Positions 10,167-19,472 of a stretch of 64,000 bases of DNA are shown here, in pieces. Position numbers and translations under genes: made by a program. The notes beneath the pieces were generated by a model, which was not told where the DNA came from, ran no database searches, and saw only the letters and a list, made by a program, of their open reading frames with translations. Positions within the stretch are counted from its first letter, which is position 1, and the number at the start of each line of letters is the position of its first letter. The DNA comes from an uncultured bacterium (GTDB lineage: Bacteria > Bacteroidota > Bacteroidia > Chitinophagales > Chitinophagaceae). The stretch spans positions 730 to 64,729 of the forward strand of contig CBFGNI010000001.1 of assembly GCA_965650105.1 (NCBI GenBank), in the 5' to 3' direction.

Positions 10167-11174
10167 TTAATGAAAATGCGTATGTGGAATGTTCATCCAG
10201 TTCAGGGCATTTTCAAATAGCAATTTATCTTTCAGCTCTTTTGCATAGCTCATGCTTTCTATCAGCTTACCGGGGTGGTGTTCGCCCAGCGGGAAAGGGT
10301 AATCGCTACCCATGCATATTTTATCCTGGCCAATAACGTCCACTACATAGTCCAACGCTTTAGGGTCGTGTACTAATGCATCTATCCAAAACTTGCCCAG
10401 GTACTCGCGCGGGTTTACGTTATTATCAATAGCGCAAAGATCGGGGCGCACATTGAAACCATGCTCTATACGGCCAATGGTGAATGGAAAGCTACCACCA
10501 CCGTGTGCAAATGCTACACGCAACTTAGGGTAGCGCGCTAATACACCTCCAAATATCATAGAGCTGATAGCGCGTGCTGTTTCAGCGGGCATACCTACCA
10601 GCCAGGGCAGCCAGTATTTTTGCATATCTTTCTCGCCCATCATTTCCCAGGGGTGTACGAACAGGCAGCAGCCCAGTTCTTCAGCAGCTTCCCAAAAAGG
10701 ATTGAAATAAGGGTCACTCAGGTTTTTACCATTGATGTTCGAGCCTATTTCTAGCCCCGGCATTTTCAGCTCCTTCACACAACGCTCCATCTCTTTTATA
10801 GACAGGTCAATATCCTGTAAAGGCACAGTGCCTATGCCTATAAAACGTTTGGGGTAAAGCGTAACGCATTGTGCAATATGATCGTTGAAGAAACGCGCTG
10901 TTTCTATGCCATGCTCCGGCTTGGCCCAGTAGTTGAACAATACCGGTATAGTTGATAGTACTTGCACACCTACTTCTGTCATATCCATTTCTTTGGTGCG
11001 CAAGGCGGGGTCCCAGCAATTCTGTTCTACTTCGCGGAAAACTTTATCGCCCTTTATCATTTTAGCGCAGCAAGGCTTGTGGTGCTCTAAGTGTATAAAC
11101 TCTCCATACCCAAACTTTTGAAACCAGTTAGGTATATGCTCGGGCATTATATGCGTATGTATATCGATCTTCAT
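10167..11174 (-). CDS. 2-amino-3-carboxymuconate-6-semialdehyde decarboxylase (ACMSD)-like amidohydrolase
   Basis: It has MKIDIHTHI (the metal-binding HxH of amidohydrolase_2). The strings KEMERCVKEL, YWLPWLVGMPAET, AFAHGGGSFPFT, DALVHDP, DYPFPLGE and PGKLIESM match my recollection of animal ACMSD. Confidence 0.85.
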   Translation of the reverse strand: MKIDIHTHIMPEHIPNWFQKFGYGEFIHLEHHKPCCAKMIKGDKVFREVEQNCWDPALRTKEMDMTEVGVQVLSTIPVLFNYWAKPEHGIETARFFNDHIAQCVTLYPKRFIGIGTVPLQDIDLSIKEMERCVKELKMPGLEIGSNINGKNLSDPYFNPFWEAAEELGCCLFVHPWEMMGEKDMQKYWLPWLVGMPAETARAISSMIFGGVLARYPKLRVAFAHGGGSFPFTIGRIEHGFNVRPDLCAIDNNVNPREYLGKFWIDALVHDPKALDYVVDVIGQDKICMGSDYPFPLGEHHPGKLIESMSYAKELKDKLLFENALNWMNIPHTHFH

Positions 11175-11214
11175 GCTGCGAATTCAAAATTCAAAAGTAA
11201 AAACTCAAAATGCT

Positions 11215-12408
11215 CTACACCATTTCATAAATAATAGCGGCGCCCTGCCCAACACCTATACACATAGTTGCCAGTCCGTACTTACCACCACGGCGTTTCA
11301 GCTCGTACAACAGGGTAGTAGATATACGAGCACCACTGCAGCCCAATGGGTGGCCAATAGCTATCGAGCCACCATTTACGTTCACTTTACTTTCATCCAA
11401 ACCAAGCTCCTGCATACATGGGATACCCTGTGCAGCGAATGCTTCATTCAGTTCTATCAGGTCAAGGTCTTTTGCTTCGATACCTGCACGCTTCAATGCT
11501 TTTTGTGTAGCAGGTATAGGGCCTATACCCATTATTGCAGGGTCAACACCCGCTATAGCCATGCTCTTTATTTTAGCAATAGGTTTCAGGTTGTATTTCT
11601 TCACCGCTTCTTCCGATGCTAACAGCAATACCGCAGCACCGTCATTGATACCTGCAGCATTACCCGCAGTTACCGTACCATCTTTTTTAAAAGCAGGTTT
11701 CAGTTCGCCCAGTTTTTCAAGACTAGTTTCGCGTGGATGTTCATCGGTATCAAAGACCATTGTTTTACCCTTGCCTAGTGCAACAGTTACAGGTGTTATT
11801 TCGTCTTTGAATTTACCTTCCTTATGTGCAGTAGCGTATTTCTGCTGGCTGCTCATGGCAAACTTATCCTGCGCTTCGCGGCTTACATTGTAGCGCTCAG
11901 CTACATTCTCAGCAGTTTCGCCCATTGAGTATGGGTGGTGTATAGCACTCAACTTAGGGTTGATGAAGCGCCAGCCCAATGTGGTATCGAACATCTGCTG
12001 GTTACGTCCAAAAGCACTATCTGCTTTGCCCATAACAAATGGTGCGCGACTCATACTTTCCACGCCACCTGCTATAAACAACTCTCCATCGCCGCACATT
12101 ATAGCGCGTGCTGCATCCATGATAGATTGCAGGCCTGAAGCACATAACCTGTTTACAGTACTGCCACCTACTGTTACAGGCAAGCCTGCCAGTAGTGCTG
12201 CCATGCGTGCTACGTCGCGGTTATCTTCACCCGACTGGTTTGCAGCACCGGCTATCACATCTTCAATAGCATTTACATCTATCGATGGATTGCGTTCAAC
12301 AATTGTTTTAATAACGTGCGCCAAAAGATCATCAGGCCTAACAGATGAAAGGCTGCCACCATATTTGCCTACAGGGGTACGTATTGCATCTACTATATAT
12401 GCTACCAT
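11215..12408 (-). CDS. Acetyl-CoA acetyltransferase / 3-ketoacyl-CoA thiolase
   Basis: 397 aa with thiolase signatures: NRLCASGLQ (active-site Cys), NGGSIAIGHPLGCSGARI and MCIGVGQGAA. Confidence 0.95.
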   Translation of the reverse strand: MVAYIVDAIRTPVGKYGGSLSSVRPDDLLAHVIKTIVERNPSIDVNAIEDVIAGAANQSGEDNRDVARMAALLAGLPVTVGGSTVNRLCASGLQSIMDAARAIMCGDGELFIAGGVESMSRAPFVMGKADSAFGRNQQMFDTTLGWRFINPKLSAIHHPYSMGETAENVAERYNVSREAQDKFAMSSQQKYATAHKEGKFKDEITPVTVALGKGKTMVFDTDEHPRETSLEKLGELKPAFKKDGTVTAGNAAGINDGAAVLLLASEEAVKKYNLKPIAKIKSMAIAGVDPAIMGIGPIPATQKALKRAGIEAKDLDLIELNEAFAAQGIPCMQELGLDESKVNVNGGSIAIGHPLGCSGARISTTLLYELKRRGGKYGLATMCIGVGQGAAIIYEMV

Positions 12409-12417
12409 GATTAGCTA

Positions 12418-12443
12418 ATTTGATAATGTGATTATTTGATAAT
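12418..12443. repeat. Left 26-bp inverted repeat flanking the four-helix-bundle ORF
   Basis: Sequence ATTTGATAATGTGATTATTTGATAAT. It contains the 10-mer ATTTGATAAT twice, 16 bp apart, and matches 23 of 26 positions of the reverse complement of 12820..12845. Confidence 0.8.
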
Positions 12444-12445
12444 TG

Positions 12446-12808
12446 TTAATTCGTAATTGCTTTTGATGTTGAGACTATCTTACTCAATATCTTACATATT
12501 GATTCTGTTTTTTCAGATAAGTGAAGGCAGTTAGGTAAACTTGGAGCAGCATTACAAACTTCAAAATAAAATTCAAGTTCTTCAGCTTCTTTAGCTGCTA
12601 TTTTCATTTTATGGATAAAGTCATTTTTGCTTTCGGCATTTTGGGCTTCTTTAATATTAGCACCTATTGACAATGCCGCACGTAAGATTTGATTGGCTAA
12701 CGACCATTTTTTAAGATTGTCCAGTTTATCGCAGAAGTCAACAGCATCAACCGCAAGCTCAAAACTAAGCTTGACAATTATGTTTTCTTTTCTAAGATTC
12801 TCCTGCAT
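12446..12808 (-). CDS. Four-helix-bundle protein (23S rRNA intervening-sequence protein / Avd-like family)
   Basis: 120 aa, all-helical. The core QILRAALSIGANIKEAQNAESKNDFIHKMKIAAKEAEELEFYFEV is characteristic of the TIGR02436/PF05635-type family. Confidence 0.85.
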   Translation of the reverse strand: MQENLRKENIIVKLSFELAVDAVDFCDKLDNLKKWSLANQILRAALSIGANIKEAQNAESKNDFIHKMKIAAKEAEELEFYFEVCNAAPSLPNCLHLSEKTESICKILSKIVSTSKAITN

Positions 12809-12819
12809 ATAGTCAGCTA

Positions 12820-12845
12820 ATCATCAAATTATCACATCATCAAAT
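12820..12845. repeat. Right 26-bp inverted repeat flanking the four-helix-bundle ORF
   Basis: Sequence ATCATCAAATTATCACATCATCAAAT, whose reverse complement is ATTTGATGATGTGATAATTTGATGAT. It has the same 10-mer doublet and the same 16-bp spacing as 12418..12443. Confidence 0.8.
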
Positions 12846-14071
12846 CAATTTGACAATGCTTGTTGTAAATCGTTTATAATATCTTCTACGTTCTCTATAC
12901 CTACACTCAGGCGTATCAATCCATCGGTTATGCCGAAGTCAATCCGCTTTTCGCGAGGCACGCCTACGTGTGTTGTAGAGGCTGGGTGACTGATCAGTGT
13001 ATCGCAAGTACCTAGCGATACTGCACTTATACACAGTTTCAGTTTGTTAATGAATGCTACGCCTGCATCAAAGCCACCTTTCAATTCAAAGCTCAGCATT
13101 GCACCGGGGTGCTTCATTTGCTTTTGTGCAATAGCATAGTCGGGGTGCGATGTAAGCCCTAAGTAATTCACTTTGGCTACTGCTTCGTGTTGCTCTAAAT
13201 AGTTGGCAACCTTCTCAGCATTGCTGCAATGGCGTTCCATGCGCAGGCTAAAAGTGCGCAAGCCATTATTCAACAAAAATGCTTCGAATGCATTGCTGTT
13301 ACCACCCAATAAGCGGTGCGCTTTGGTTATGGTCGTATTCATCTTTTGCAAATCGCGGCCTATCAGTATGCCACCAACTGCCGTGCCGTGTCCGTTTAGG
13401 AATTTTGTAGTGCTGTGCATTACAAAATCAACACCATATTTAAATGGCTGTTGCAGGTAGGGTGTAGCAAATGTATTATCGGCGCAAAGTACCAGGTTAT
13501 GTTGCTTACCAAGTTTAGTCAGCGTTTCCAGATCTATACATTGTAGGGTAGGGTTGGCCGGTGTTTCCAGGTACATCATTTTGATGCCTTTATTCCCTTC
13601 AATGGCTTTCGCTACTTCATCAATATTATGGAAGTCAACAATGACAGCTTCAATACCCAGGTTAGGCAATATCTTATCGATCATTTCCTGCGTACCGCCG
13701 TACAAAGACTTATGGGTAATGATCTTATCTCCACTCTTCAGGTTGCCCAGCAGCATGGTAGTAATAGCTGCCATACCCGATGCATGTAGTATAGCTTTCA
13801 GCTTCAGTTGCTCGCCTTTTTCATCGGTAAGCCCGTAAGCTTCCAGTAACGCTATTTTTTCTTCTGCTTCGTTGGTATTAGGGTTGCCGAATCGGCCGTA
13901 TATATATCCTTCTTCCTGCTGTTGAAAAACTGCTATACCTTGTTCAGCAGTATCGAATGTATAGGTGCTGGATGCATATATGGGGGTAAGATGCGCCCTG
14001 TTGCTTTCAGGATGGTGACCACCATGTATACAGAGGGTATCAAATCCTTTATTAGTTGTATCAGCCATCAA
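12845..14071 (-). CDS. Cys/Met-metabolism PLP-dependent enzyme (methionine gamma-lyase / O-acetylhomoserine sulfhydrylase family)
   Basis: 408 aa. It has the family motifs TPIYASSTY, ADNTFATPYLQQP and HSTTKFLNGHG (PLP lysine). Confidence 0.9.
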   Translation of the reverse strand: MMADTTNKGFDTLCIHGGHHPESNRAHLTPIYASSTYTFDTAEQGIAVFQQQEEGYIYGRFGNPNTNEAEEKIALLEAYGLTDEKGEQLKLKAILHASGMAAITTMLLGNLKSGDKIITHKSLYGGTQEMIDKILPNLGIEAVIVDFHNIDEVAKAIEGNKGIKMMYLETPANPTLQCIDLETLTKLGKQHNLVLCADNTFATPYLQQPFKYGVDFVMHSTTKFLNGHGTAVGGILIGRDLQKMNTTITKAHRLLGGNSNAFEAFLLNNGLRTFSLRMERHCSNAEKVANYLEQHEAVAKVNYLGLTSHPDYAIAQKQMKHPGAMLSFELKGGFDAGVAFINKLKLCISAVSLGTCDTLISHPASTTHVGVPREKRIDFGITDGLIRLSVGIENVEDIINDLQQALSN

Positions 14072-14109
14072 CAGACTTAGTTAATTTGCACGCAAAGTTA
14101 CAATATAGC

Positions 14110-14595
14110 ATGAAGGAAACATTACTTATGTTGGCTAAGTATAATTTATGGGCTAATAGCCGCATGATAGAAGTAATAGCAAAACTACCCGTTGAAAAAC
14201 TGGATACGGAACTGGTGAGCAGCTTCCCTACCATTCATAAAACGGTATGGCATTGCGTAAGGGCCGAGAATATATGGCTGCAACGCCTGAACCTGGTAGA
14301 AAACCCTGTTTGGATGGATGATAGTGAGAGAGTAATAAATGAACTATGCGATATGTGGCTGGGAAGTAGCAAAGAATTAGTGGCGTTTACTGAAAAACAA
14401 TTTGATGATAATTCGTTTACGCATGTATTCCAGTTTTATCGTGATAAACAACCGCATAAAATGCAGGTTGGTCATACCTTGTTGCATGCATTCAACCACA
14501 ATACCTATCATCGTGGGCAGCTGGTCACTATGTTAAGGCAAGTAGGTATAGCAAGGATACCTTCAACGGATATGTCAGTATTTACCACAAAATAA
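14110..14595 (+). CDS. DinB-family protein
   Basis: Starting at ATG 14110 avoids an overlap with the divergent gene. LAKYNLWAN near the N-terminus and the HxxxHRGQ motif (NHNTYHRGQLVTMLR) are typical of the DinB/YfiT-like four-helix fold. Confidence 0.8.
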   Translation: MKETLLMLAKYNLWANSRMIEVIAKLPVEKLDTELVSSFPTIHKTVWHCVRAENIWLQRLNLVENPVWMDDSERVINELCDMWLGSSKELVAFTEKQFDDNSFTHVFQFYRDKQPHKMQVGHTLLHAFNHNTYHRGQLVTMLRQVGIARIPSTDMSVFTTK

Positions 14596-14625
14596 GAGAA
14601 GCACATTGCTTCTCTTATTTTTATT
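14594..14625. terminator. Rho-independent terminator shared by convergent genes
   Basis: AAGAGAAGC (14594-14602) pairs with GCTTCTCTT (14608-14616), followed by ATTTTTATTT. Confidence 0.75.
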
Positions 14626-14654
14626 TAATTAATAATCAATTACTAAACAACCTA

Positions 14655-14837
14655 CTACCTATCGCGGCCAGGAGCGTTTTTCTTATCGCTTTGTCTTGAA
14701 GACTGACCCATGTCACGATCTTCGCGCAGGTCGCGGTCTTCCCGCAAATCCCGGTCTTTGTTAGTGCCGGATTTTTGTGGTGTCGATGTCTTCAGATGTC
14801 TTGTGTCTTTCTCTTCGTTTTTACGTACGTTTTTCAT
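14655..14837 (-). CDS. Possible small, highly charged protein with tandem DRDLRE repeat
   Basis: 60-aa ORF in an otherwise gene-free gap. It contains DRDLREDRDLREDRD, encoded by an imperfect 18-bp tandem repeat. I recognise no homology. Confidence 0.35.
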   Translation of the reverse strand: MKNVRKNEEKDTRHLKTSTPQKSGTNKDRDLREDRDLREDRDMGQSSRQSDKKNAPGRDR

Positions 14838-14963
14838 GATTCTAAAATTTTGTACAGAATAATGCTAAAACACTATGCCAGCAGTAGGGTAAAACAGGGT
14901 GATTTTTCGTACAGCTTTATATAGAAAACCATGTAAAATTAATATCGTTGAATTTCAATAAAA

Positions 14964-14994
14964 TAAAAAAAACTGCCGGTATATACCGGCAGTT
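14964..14994 (-). terminator. dnaK terminator
   Basis: Palindrome AACTGCCGGTAT/ATACCGGCAGTT (14971-14994). On the minus strand it is followed by a U-run, seen as an A-run at 14965-14972 on the plus strand. Confidence 0.85.
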
Positions 14995-15025
14995 CCTCTA
15001 AAACCTATAATCGATCTATTAACTT

Positions 15026-16930
15026 TTACTTCACTTCTTCGTATTCAGCATCAGCTACATTTCCATCGGTATTGTTACCTTCTTGTTGCTGTTGCGCCCC
15101 ATTTTCAGCGCCTTGTGCACCTGCATTTTGCTGGTCGTTGTATATGTGCTGGCTGGCGGCTTGCCATGCTGTGTTCAGTTCTTCCATCGCTTTATCTATA
15201 CCATCCATATCTTCAGCTTTGTGTGCTTCCTTCAGTTTGGTTGCAGCAGCTTCAATAGTTGCTTTCTGGTCGGCGGGTATTTTATCTCCGTAGTCTTTCA
15301 GCTGCTTTTCAGTATTGAAGACCAGGCCATCAGCCATATTTAGTTTTTCAACACGTTCACGCACTTGTTTGTCAGATTCTTCATTAGCTTTCGCTTCGTT
15401 CTTCATCCTTTCTATTTCTTCTTTACTCAAGCCGCTACCTGCCTCAATACGTATGTTTTGTTGTTTACCGGTGCCTTTATCTTTCGCAGTTACATGTAGT
15501 ATACCATTCGCATCTATATCGAAGATAACTTCTACCTGTGGTACACCACGTGGTGCCGGTGGAATGCCATCCAGTATAAAGCGGCCTAAAGACTTATTGT
15601 CTTTTGCCATCGGGCGTTCACCTTGTATTACATTTATCTCAACACTTGGCTGGTTATCGCTTGCTGTAGAGAAAGTTTCGCTCTTTTTGGTAGGGATGGT
15701 CGTGTTCGATTCTATCAGGCGGGTCATTACACCACCCATAGTTTCTATACCCAGTGAAAGAGGAGTCACATCAAGTAACAATACATCTTTCACGTCGCCG
15801 GTCAATACGCCACCTTGTATAGCAGCACCTACGGCTACCACCTCATCAGGGTTCACACCCTTGTGTGGTTTTTTACCAAAGAATTTCTCTACTACTTCCT
15901 GTACTTTAGGTATACGGGTTGATCCGCCTACAAGTATTACTTCGTGTATATCGCTGGTGCTAAGGCCTGCGTCTTTCAATGCTTTACGGCAAGGTTCCAG
16001 TGTGCGTTCTATAAGGCTGTCCGACAGCTGTTCGAATTTAGCACGGCTCAGTTTACGTACCAGGTGTTTAGGTACACCGTCAACTGCAGTTATATAAGGA
16101 AGGTTTATTTCAGTTTCTTGAGAAGAAGACAGTTCGATCTTTGCTTTCTCCGCGGCTTCCTTCAGGCGTTGCCATGACATTGGGTCTTTATGCAGGTCGA
16201 TAGCTTCATCTTTCTTAAATTCATCAGCCAGCCAGTCCATTATCACTTTATCGAAGTCATCACCACCCAGGTGCGTATCACCATTGGTAGATTTCACTTC
16301 AAATACACCATCGCCCAGTTCCAGTATCGATACGTCAAAAGTACCACCACCAATGTCAAATACAGCTATTTTGCTGTCAGCATGTTGCTTATCAAGGCCA
16401 TAAGCAAGTGCTGCTGCTGTAGGTTCATTTATAATACGGCGTACATTAAGACCTGCTATTTCACCCGCTTCCTTAGTAGCCTGGCGTTGCGCATCGTTAA
16501 AGTATGCCGGTACGGTAATAACTGCTTCATTTACTTCCTGGCCCAGGAATTCTTCGGCAGTTTTCTTCATTTTCTGAAGGATCATAGCCGATATTTCCTG
16601 CGGGGTGTACATACGGCCATCTATATCTACACGCGGAGTATTGTTCTCTCCCTTTACTATTTTGTATGTGTTATGCGATATTTCGCCACCCACCTCATCG
16701 AAACGGCGGCCCATAAAACGTTTAATAGACATAATGGTATTCACTGGGTTAGTGATAGCCTGGCGTTTTGCAGGATCACCCACTTTACGTTCACCATTTT
16801 TCAAAAATGCTACGATGGAAGGGGTTGTACGGCGTCCTTCGTCGTTAGCTATTACTACCGGCTCATTGCCTTCCATTACGGCAACGCAAGAGTTAGTAGT
16901 ACCTAAGTCAATTCCAATAATTTTTCCCAT
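15026..16930 (-). CDS. dnaK: Molecular chaperone DnaK (Hsp70)
   Basis: 634 aa. It has the Hsp70 signatures [19 protein letters not shown] and [13 protein letters not shown]. Confidence 0.98.
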   Translation of the reverse strand: MGKIIGIDLGTTNSCVAVMEGNEPVVIANDEGRRTTPSIVAFLKNGERKVGDPAKRQAITNPVNTIMSIKRFMGRRFDEVGGEISHNTYKIVKGENNTPRVDIDGRMYTPQEISAMILQKMKKTAEEFLGQEVNEAVITVPAYFNDAQRQATKEAGEIAGLNVRRIINEPTAAALAYGLDKQHADSKIAVFDIGGGTFDVSILELGDGVFEVKSTNGDTHLGGDDFDKVIMDWLADEFKKDEAIDLHKDPMSWQRLKEAAEKAKIELSSSQETEINLPYITAVDGVPKHLVRKLSRAKFEQLSDSLIERTLEPCRKALKDAGLSTSDIHEVILVGGSTRIPKVQEVVEKFFGKKPHKGVNPDEVVAVGAAIQGGVLTGDVKDVLLLDVTPLSLGIETMGGVMTRLIESNTTIPTKKSETFSTASDNQPSVEINVIQGERPMAKDNKSLGRFILDGIPPAPRGVPQVEVIFDIDANGILHVTAKDKGTGKQQNIRIEAGSGLSKEEIERMKNEAKANEESDKQVRERVEKLNMADGLVFNTEKQLKDYGDKIPADQKATIEAAATKLKEAHKAEDMDGIDKAMEELNTAWQAASQHIYNDQQNAGAQGAENGAQQQQEGNNTDGNVADAEYEEVK

Positions 16931-17040
16931 AGTCTGTTACTTATAATGATGATTTTAGTTTTATTGCTTCAAGAGCTATATGGCAATTGATATGCCACGA
17001 GCGCGGTGTCGGCAATAATGGCAGAAAGGCTGTCAAACTG

Positions 17041-17080
17041 AAACAAAAATGCCTTAATGCAGATACATTAAGGCATTTTA
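17041..17080 (-). terminator. Terminator of the upstream lipoprotein gene
   Basis: A 14-bp stem: AAAATGCCTTAATG (17045-17058) pairs with CATTAAGGCATTTT (17065-17078). A U-run follows on the minus strand. Confidence 0.8.
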
Positions 17081-17108
17081 AATTTATGCTAAGTGCAATT
17101 ATGTCAAA

Positions 17109-18248
17109 TCAATGGTCCGACCTACCGCGGATATTAAGCGAAGAAGTAATGGGGTTAACCCTTAAAGAGTCGAGCGTATAGTTAGCAGGTGTACCACTCT
17201 GGCCTGCTGACCTGCCCAAAGGTACATTGTGGAAAACTACATAAGTACGCGAAGCCAAGATACCTACAACATTACCTTTCAGGTTGGTGTATAGAGGCTT
17301 TATCTGGTCACCGCTTATACCCGAATTTTGCACCTGGTTTACTTGCTTGTACCTTAATAGTTCAGGGCTGCCAGCCCATACATATACGTCGCAACTATCC
17401 ATATAGCGCTCTATATTGCTGGGTGCGGGGCCAATAGCATCGGCCAGGAAGGTATAAAAATCGATATTAGGCGTTTGGAATGTAAAAGGATTGCCATTTG
17501 CCGCAACTTCTGTATTACCAAAAGTATAGCTTACCGATTTGTCAGTTTCCTCGCCGGTAACAGTATTCTTATCTACATAATTAAAGCGTATCACGCCTTC
17601 CTGCATAGCACCGTATGCAGGGGTGCGGCCCCTTAGCAAAAATTGGTTGGCAGAAACAGGTTGCGTTCTTTCCAGGTTGATGAAGTAATTACTGTTAGTG
17701 AACTCAGCCACATAAAAATCACCGTTATTCGATGATTCTTTTGTGTTAACTATACCAAGCGGGCTTTTCAACTCTATAGTTTCACCATTGGTTTTATTCA
17801 CTATTTTAAGGTTGTAAGTAGCATTAGGCTTAAGGACTTCATTTTTATCCTTATTAAGTTGAAGTTTGTATGCATAGTGCGGAGTAGTAAAGAATCCCTG
17901 TGTATTCGCTGGTTGGTCTTTAGGAAAACCTTCAAGTGTCATATCAACCCTTGTAAGGGGAATTGTTTTGACTACATTGCTACCATTCATTTCAAGCAGG
18001 TTAGCTTCTATTTCACCTTCTTTAAAATAGCTGGAATCCGGTACTTTCGACATGTCGAGAGCGCTTTTATTCTCATCCATAAATGCTTTCTGAATGCGGA
18101 TATAGTGCGCTGTATCTTTAGCATCTAATATACCATATACCACGGCTACTTGTTTGTAGGGTGCTGCTACTTCAAAGTCTTCAGAGCAGCCTGTGGCCGC
18201 TATAATGGCTGCAAAGCCAAGAGGGAGAAAGATTTTTTTCATAAACAA
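17109..18248 (-). CDS. Lipoprotein of unknown function
   Basis: 379 aa. The signal peptide MFMKKIFLPLGFAAIIAATGC carries a lipobox Cys. I cannot place it in a family with confidence. Confidence 0.7.
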   Translation of the reverse strand: MFMKKIFLPLGFAAIIAATGCSEDFEVAAPYKQVAVVYGILDAKDTAHYIRIQKAFMDENKSALDMSKVPDSSYFKEGEIEANLLEMNGSNVVKTIPLTRVDMTLEGFPKDQPANTQGFFTTPHYAYKLQLNKDKNEVLKPNATYNLKIVNKTNGETIELKSPLGIVNTKESSNNGDFYVAEFTNSNYFINLERTQPVSANQFLLRGRTPAYGAMQEGVIRFNYVDKNTVTGEETDKSVSYTFGNTEVAANGNPFTFQTPNIDFYTFLADAIGPAPSNIERYMDSCDVYVWAGSPELLRYKQVNQVQNSGISGDQIKPLYTNLKGNVVGILASRTYVVFHNVPLGRSAGQSGTPANYTLDSLRVNPITSSLNIRGRSDH

Positions 18249-18387
18249 AAGCCTGTAAAGGCAAACAAAGATAATGTATTAGTTGAAAGATAGACAAGGG
18301 GATATTTAGCCCATGTTTTTATGATTTAATACTGACAATTAGCCTTCTCTATTTTTATTGCAGGATATATCTCTTTAACTTGCGGGC

Positions 18388-18669
18388 ATGGGCTCATACA
18401 GTATTGGCGAAGCTATCAATCTTCTCTTCGAACGCTCGAAGTGGAAGCCAAAAGTTATGGAAGTGCGTATGCGCCAGGAGTGGGAAGCTATTGTAGGCAA
18501 AACTATTTCCAAATACACCCGCAATATGTACCTGAATGGTACAGTACTTACCATATATTCAGATATTGCTGCATTGAAGCAAGAGCTATCGTTAGGCAAA
18601 GAGCAGCTAATTGAGCGCATCAATGCTCATTTCGGCGAGACTTGCGTTACGCAGATCATCATTAAATAA
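18388..18669 (+). CDS. DUF721-like small protein
   Basis: 93 aa. The pattern W..IVG..I...T....L..G.L.I......A....EL......L...IN resembles Bacteroidota DUF721 proteins. Confidence 0.7.
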   Translation: MGSYSIGEAINLLFERSKWKPKVMEVRMRQEWEAIVGKTISKYTRNMYLNGTVLTIYSDIAALKQELSLGKEQLIERINAHFGETCVTQIIIK

Positions 18670-18671
18670 TA

Positions 18672-19370
18672 TTAAAAGATATTCAGCAGTTCATTCAGCC
18701 CATGAATTTCATAGGTTGGCTTCCTGTCGTGCAGTGCTTTTGCAGGGTTAAAATATACCTGGTCCCAACCGGCATTGTGTGCGCCTAAAATATCAATGTC
18801 CAACGCATCGCCTACCATTATGCTTTCTTCTACAAGTGCGCCGGTTGCTTTCAATGCATAGTCAAATATATCGGGGTTAGGCTTCATGCTATTACTTTTT
18901 TCCGAAGTGATCACTTCGGAAAAATAGGAGGCTATACCCGAATATTGCATCTTTAGCCATTGCGTTGTCTCAAAACCATTGGTTATAAGATGCAGTGTGT
19001 ACTTCTTACTGCAATGGTCCAGCAGTTCTTTCGCATAAGGCATTAGGGTAGTTTGCGTAGGCAATATCTCCAGGTAAGCTATGCTCAGCTCGTGCGCCAG
19101 GGCAGTATCACCTATCTTGAAATCGAGCAGCGTAAGCCAGAAGCGCTTCCAGCGTAGCTCCTCACGTTTTATAAAGCCTTTTCTAAAACGATGCCACAGC
19201 TTGTCATTATGTATGTTGTACGCAGCTAAAAAAGCCTCAAAATCAGTTATTCCCCTGTCGCTAAGATTGTATTCGTTATATACACGTTGCAGTGTAAGTT
19301 TTGAGTTATGTTCAAAATCCCATAATGTATGGTCAAGATCGAAAAAGATATGCTTATATGCTCGGCCCAT
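18672..19370 (-). CDS. HAD-superfamily hydrolase (YjjG-like nucleotidase)
   Basis: It has HAD motif I FFDLDHTLWDF, motif II HLITNG, and motif III/IV K...MVGDALDIDILGA. Confidence 0.85.
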   Translation of the reverse strand: MGRAYKHIFFDLDHTLWDFEHNSKLTLQRVYNEYNLSDRGITDFEAFLAAYNIHNDKLWHRFRKGFIKREELRWKRFWLTLLDFKIGDTALAHELSIAYLEILPTQTTLMPYAKELLDHCSKKYTLHLITNGFETTQWLKMQYSGIASYFSEVITSEKSNSMKPNPDIFDYALKATGALVEESIMVGDALDIDILGAHNAGWDQVYFNPAKALHDRKPTYEIHGLNELLNIF

Positions 19371-19431
19371 TGCATTGCAAAATTACAAAAATTTAGCTGC
19401 TAACAGCCTGGTTTAAATGTCAAAAGCCGCC

Positions 19432-19455
19432 AATTGGCAGCTTTTGTAAATATAT
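19432..19455 (-). terminator. Possible terminator after rpoZ
   Basis: AAAAGCCGCC pairs with GGCAGCTTTT with one mismatch and an AATT loop. The U-run is short. Confidence 0.35.
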
Positions 19456-19472
19456 TTCGTACCGTTAAAAAA

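Noticed and set aside
11173-12418. Plus-strand ORFs (149, 110, 67 and 152 aa) over the thiolase gene
   Set aside because: They are shadow ORFs inside a strongly supported thiolase CDS.
15315-16906. Long plus-strand ORFs (260 aa and 238 aa) antisense to dnaK
   Set aside because: They lie entirely inside the highly conserved dnaK coding region. Their products are Ser/Cys/Phe-rich with no motifs. Long antisense frames in hsp70 genes are a known codon-bias artefact.
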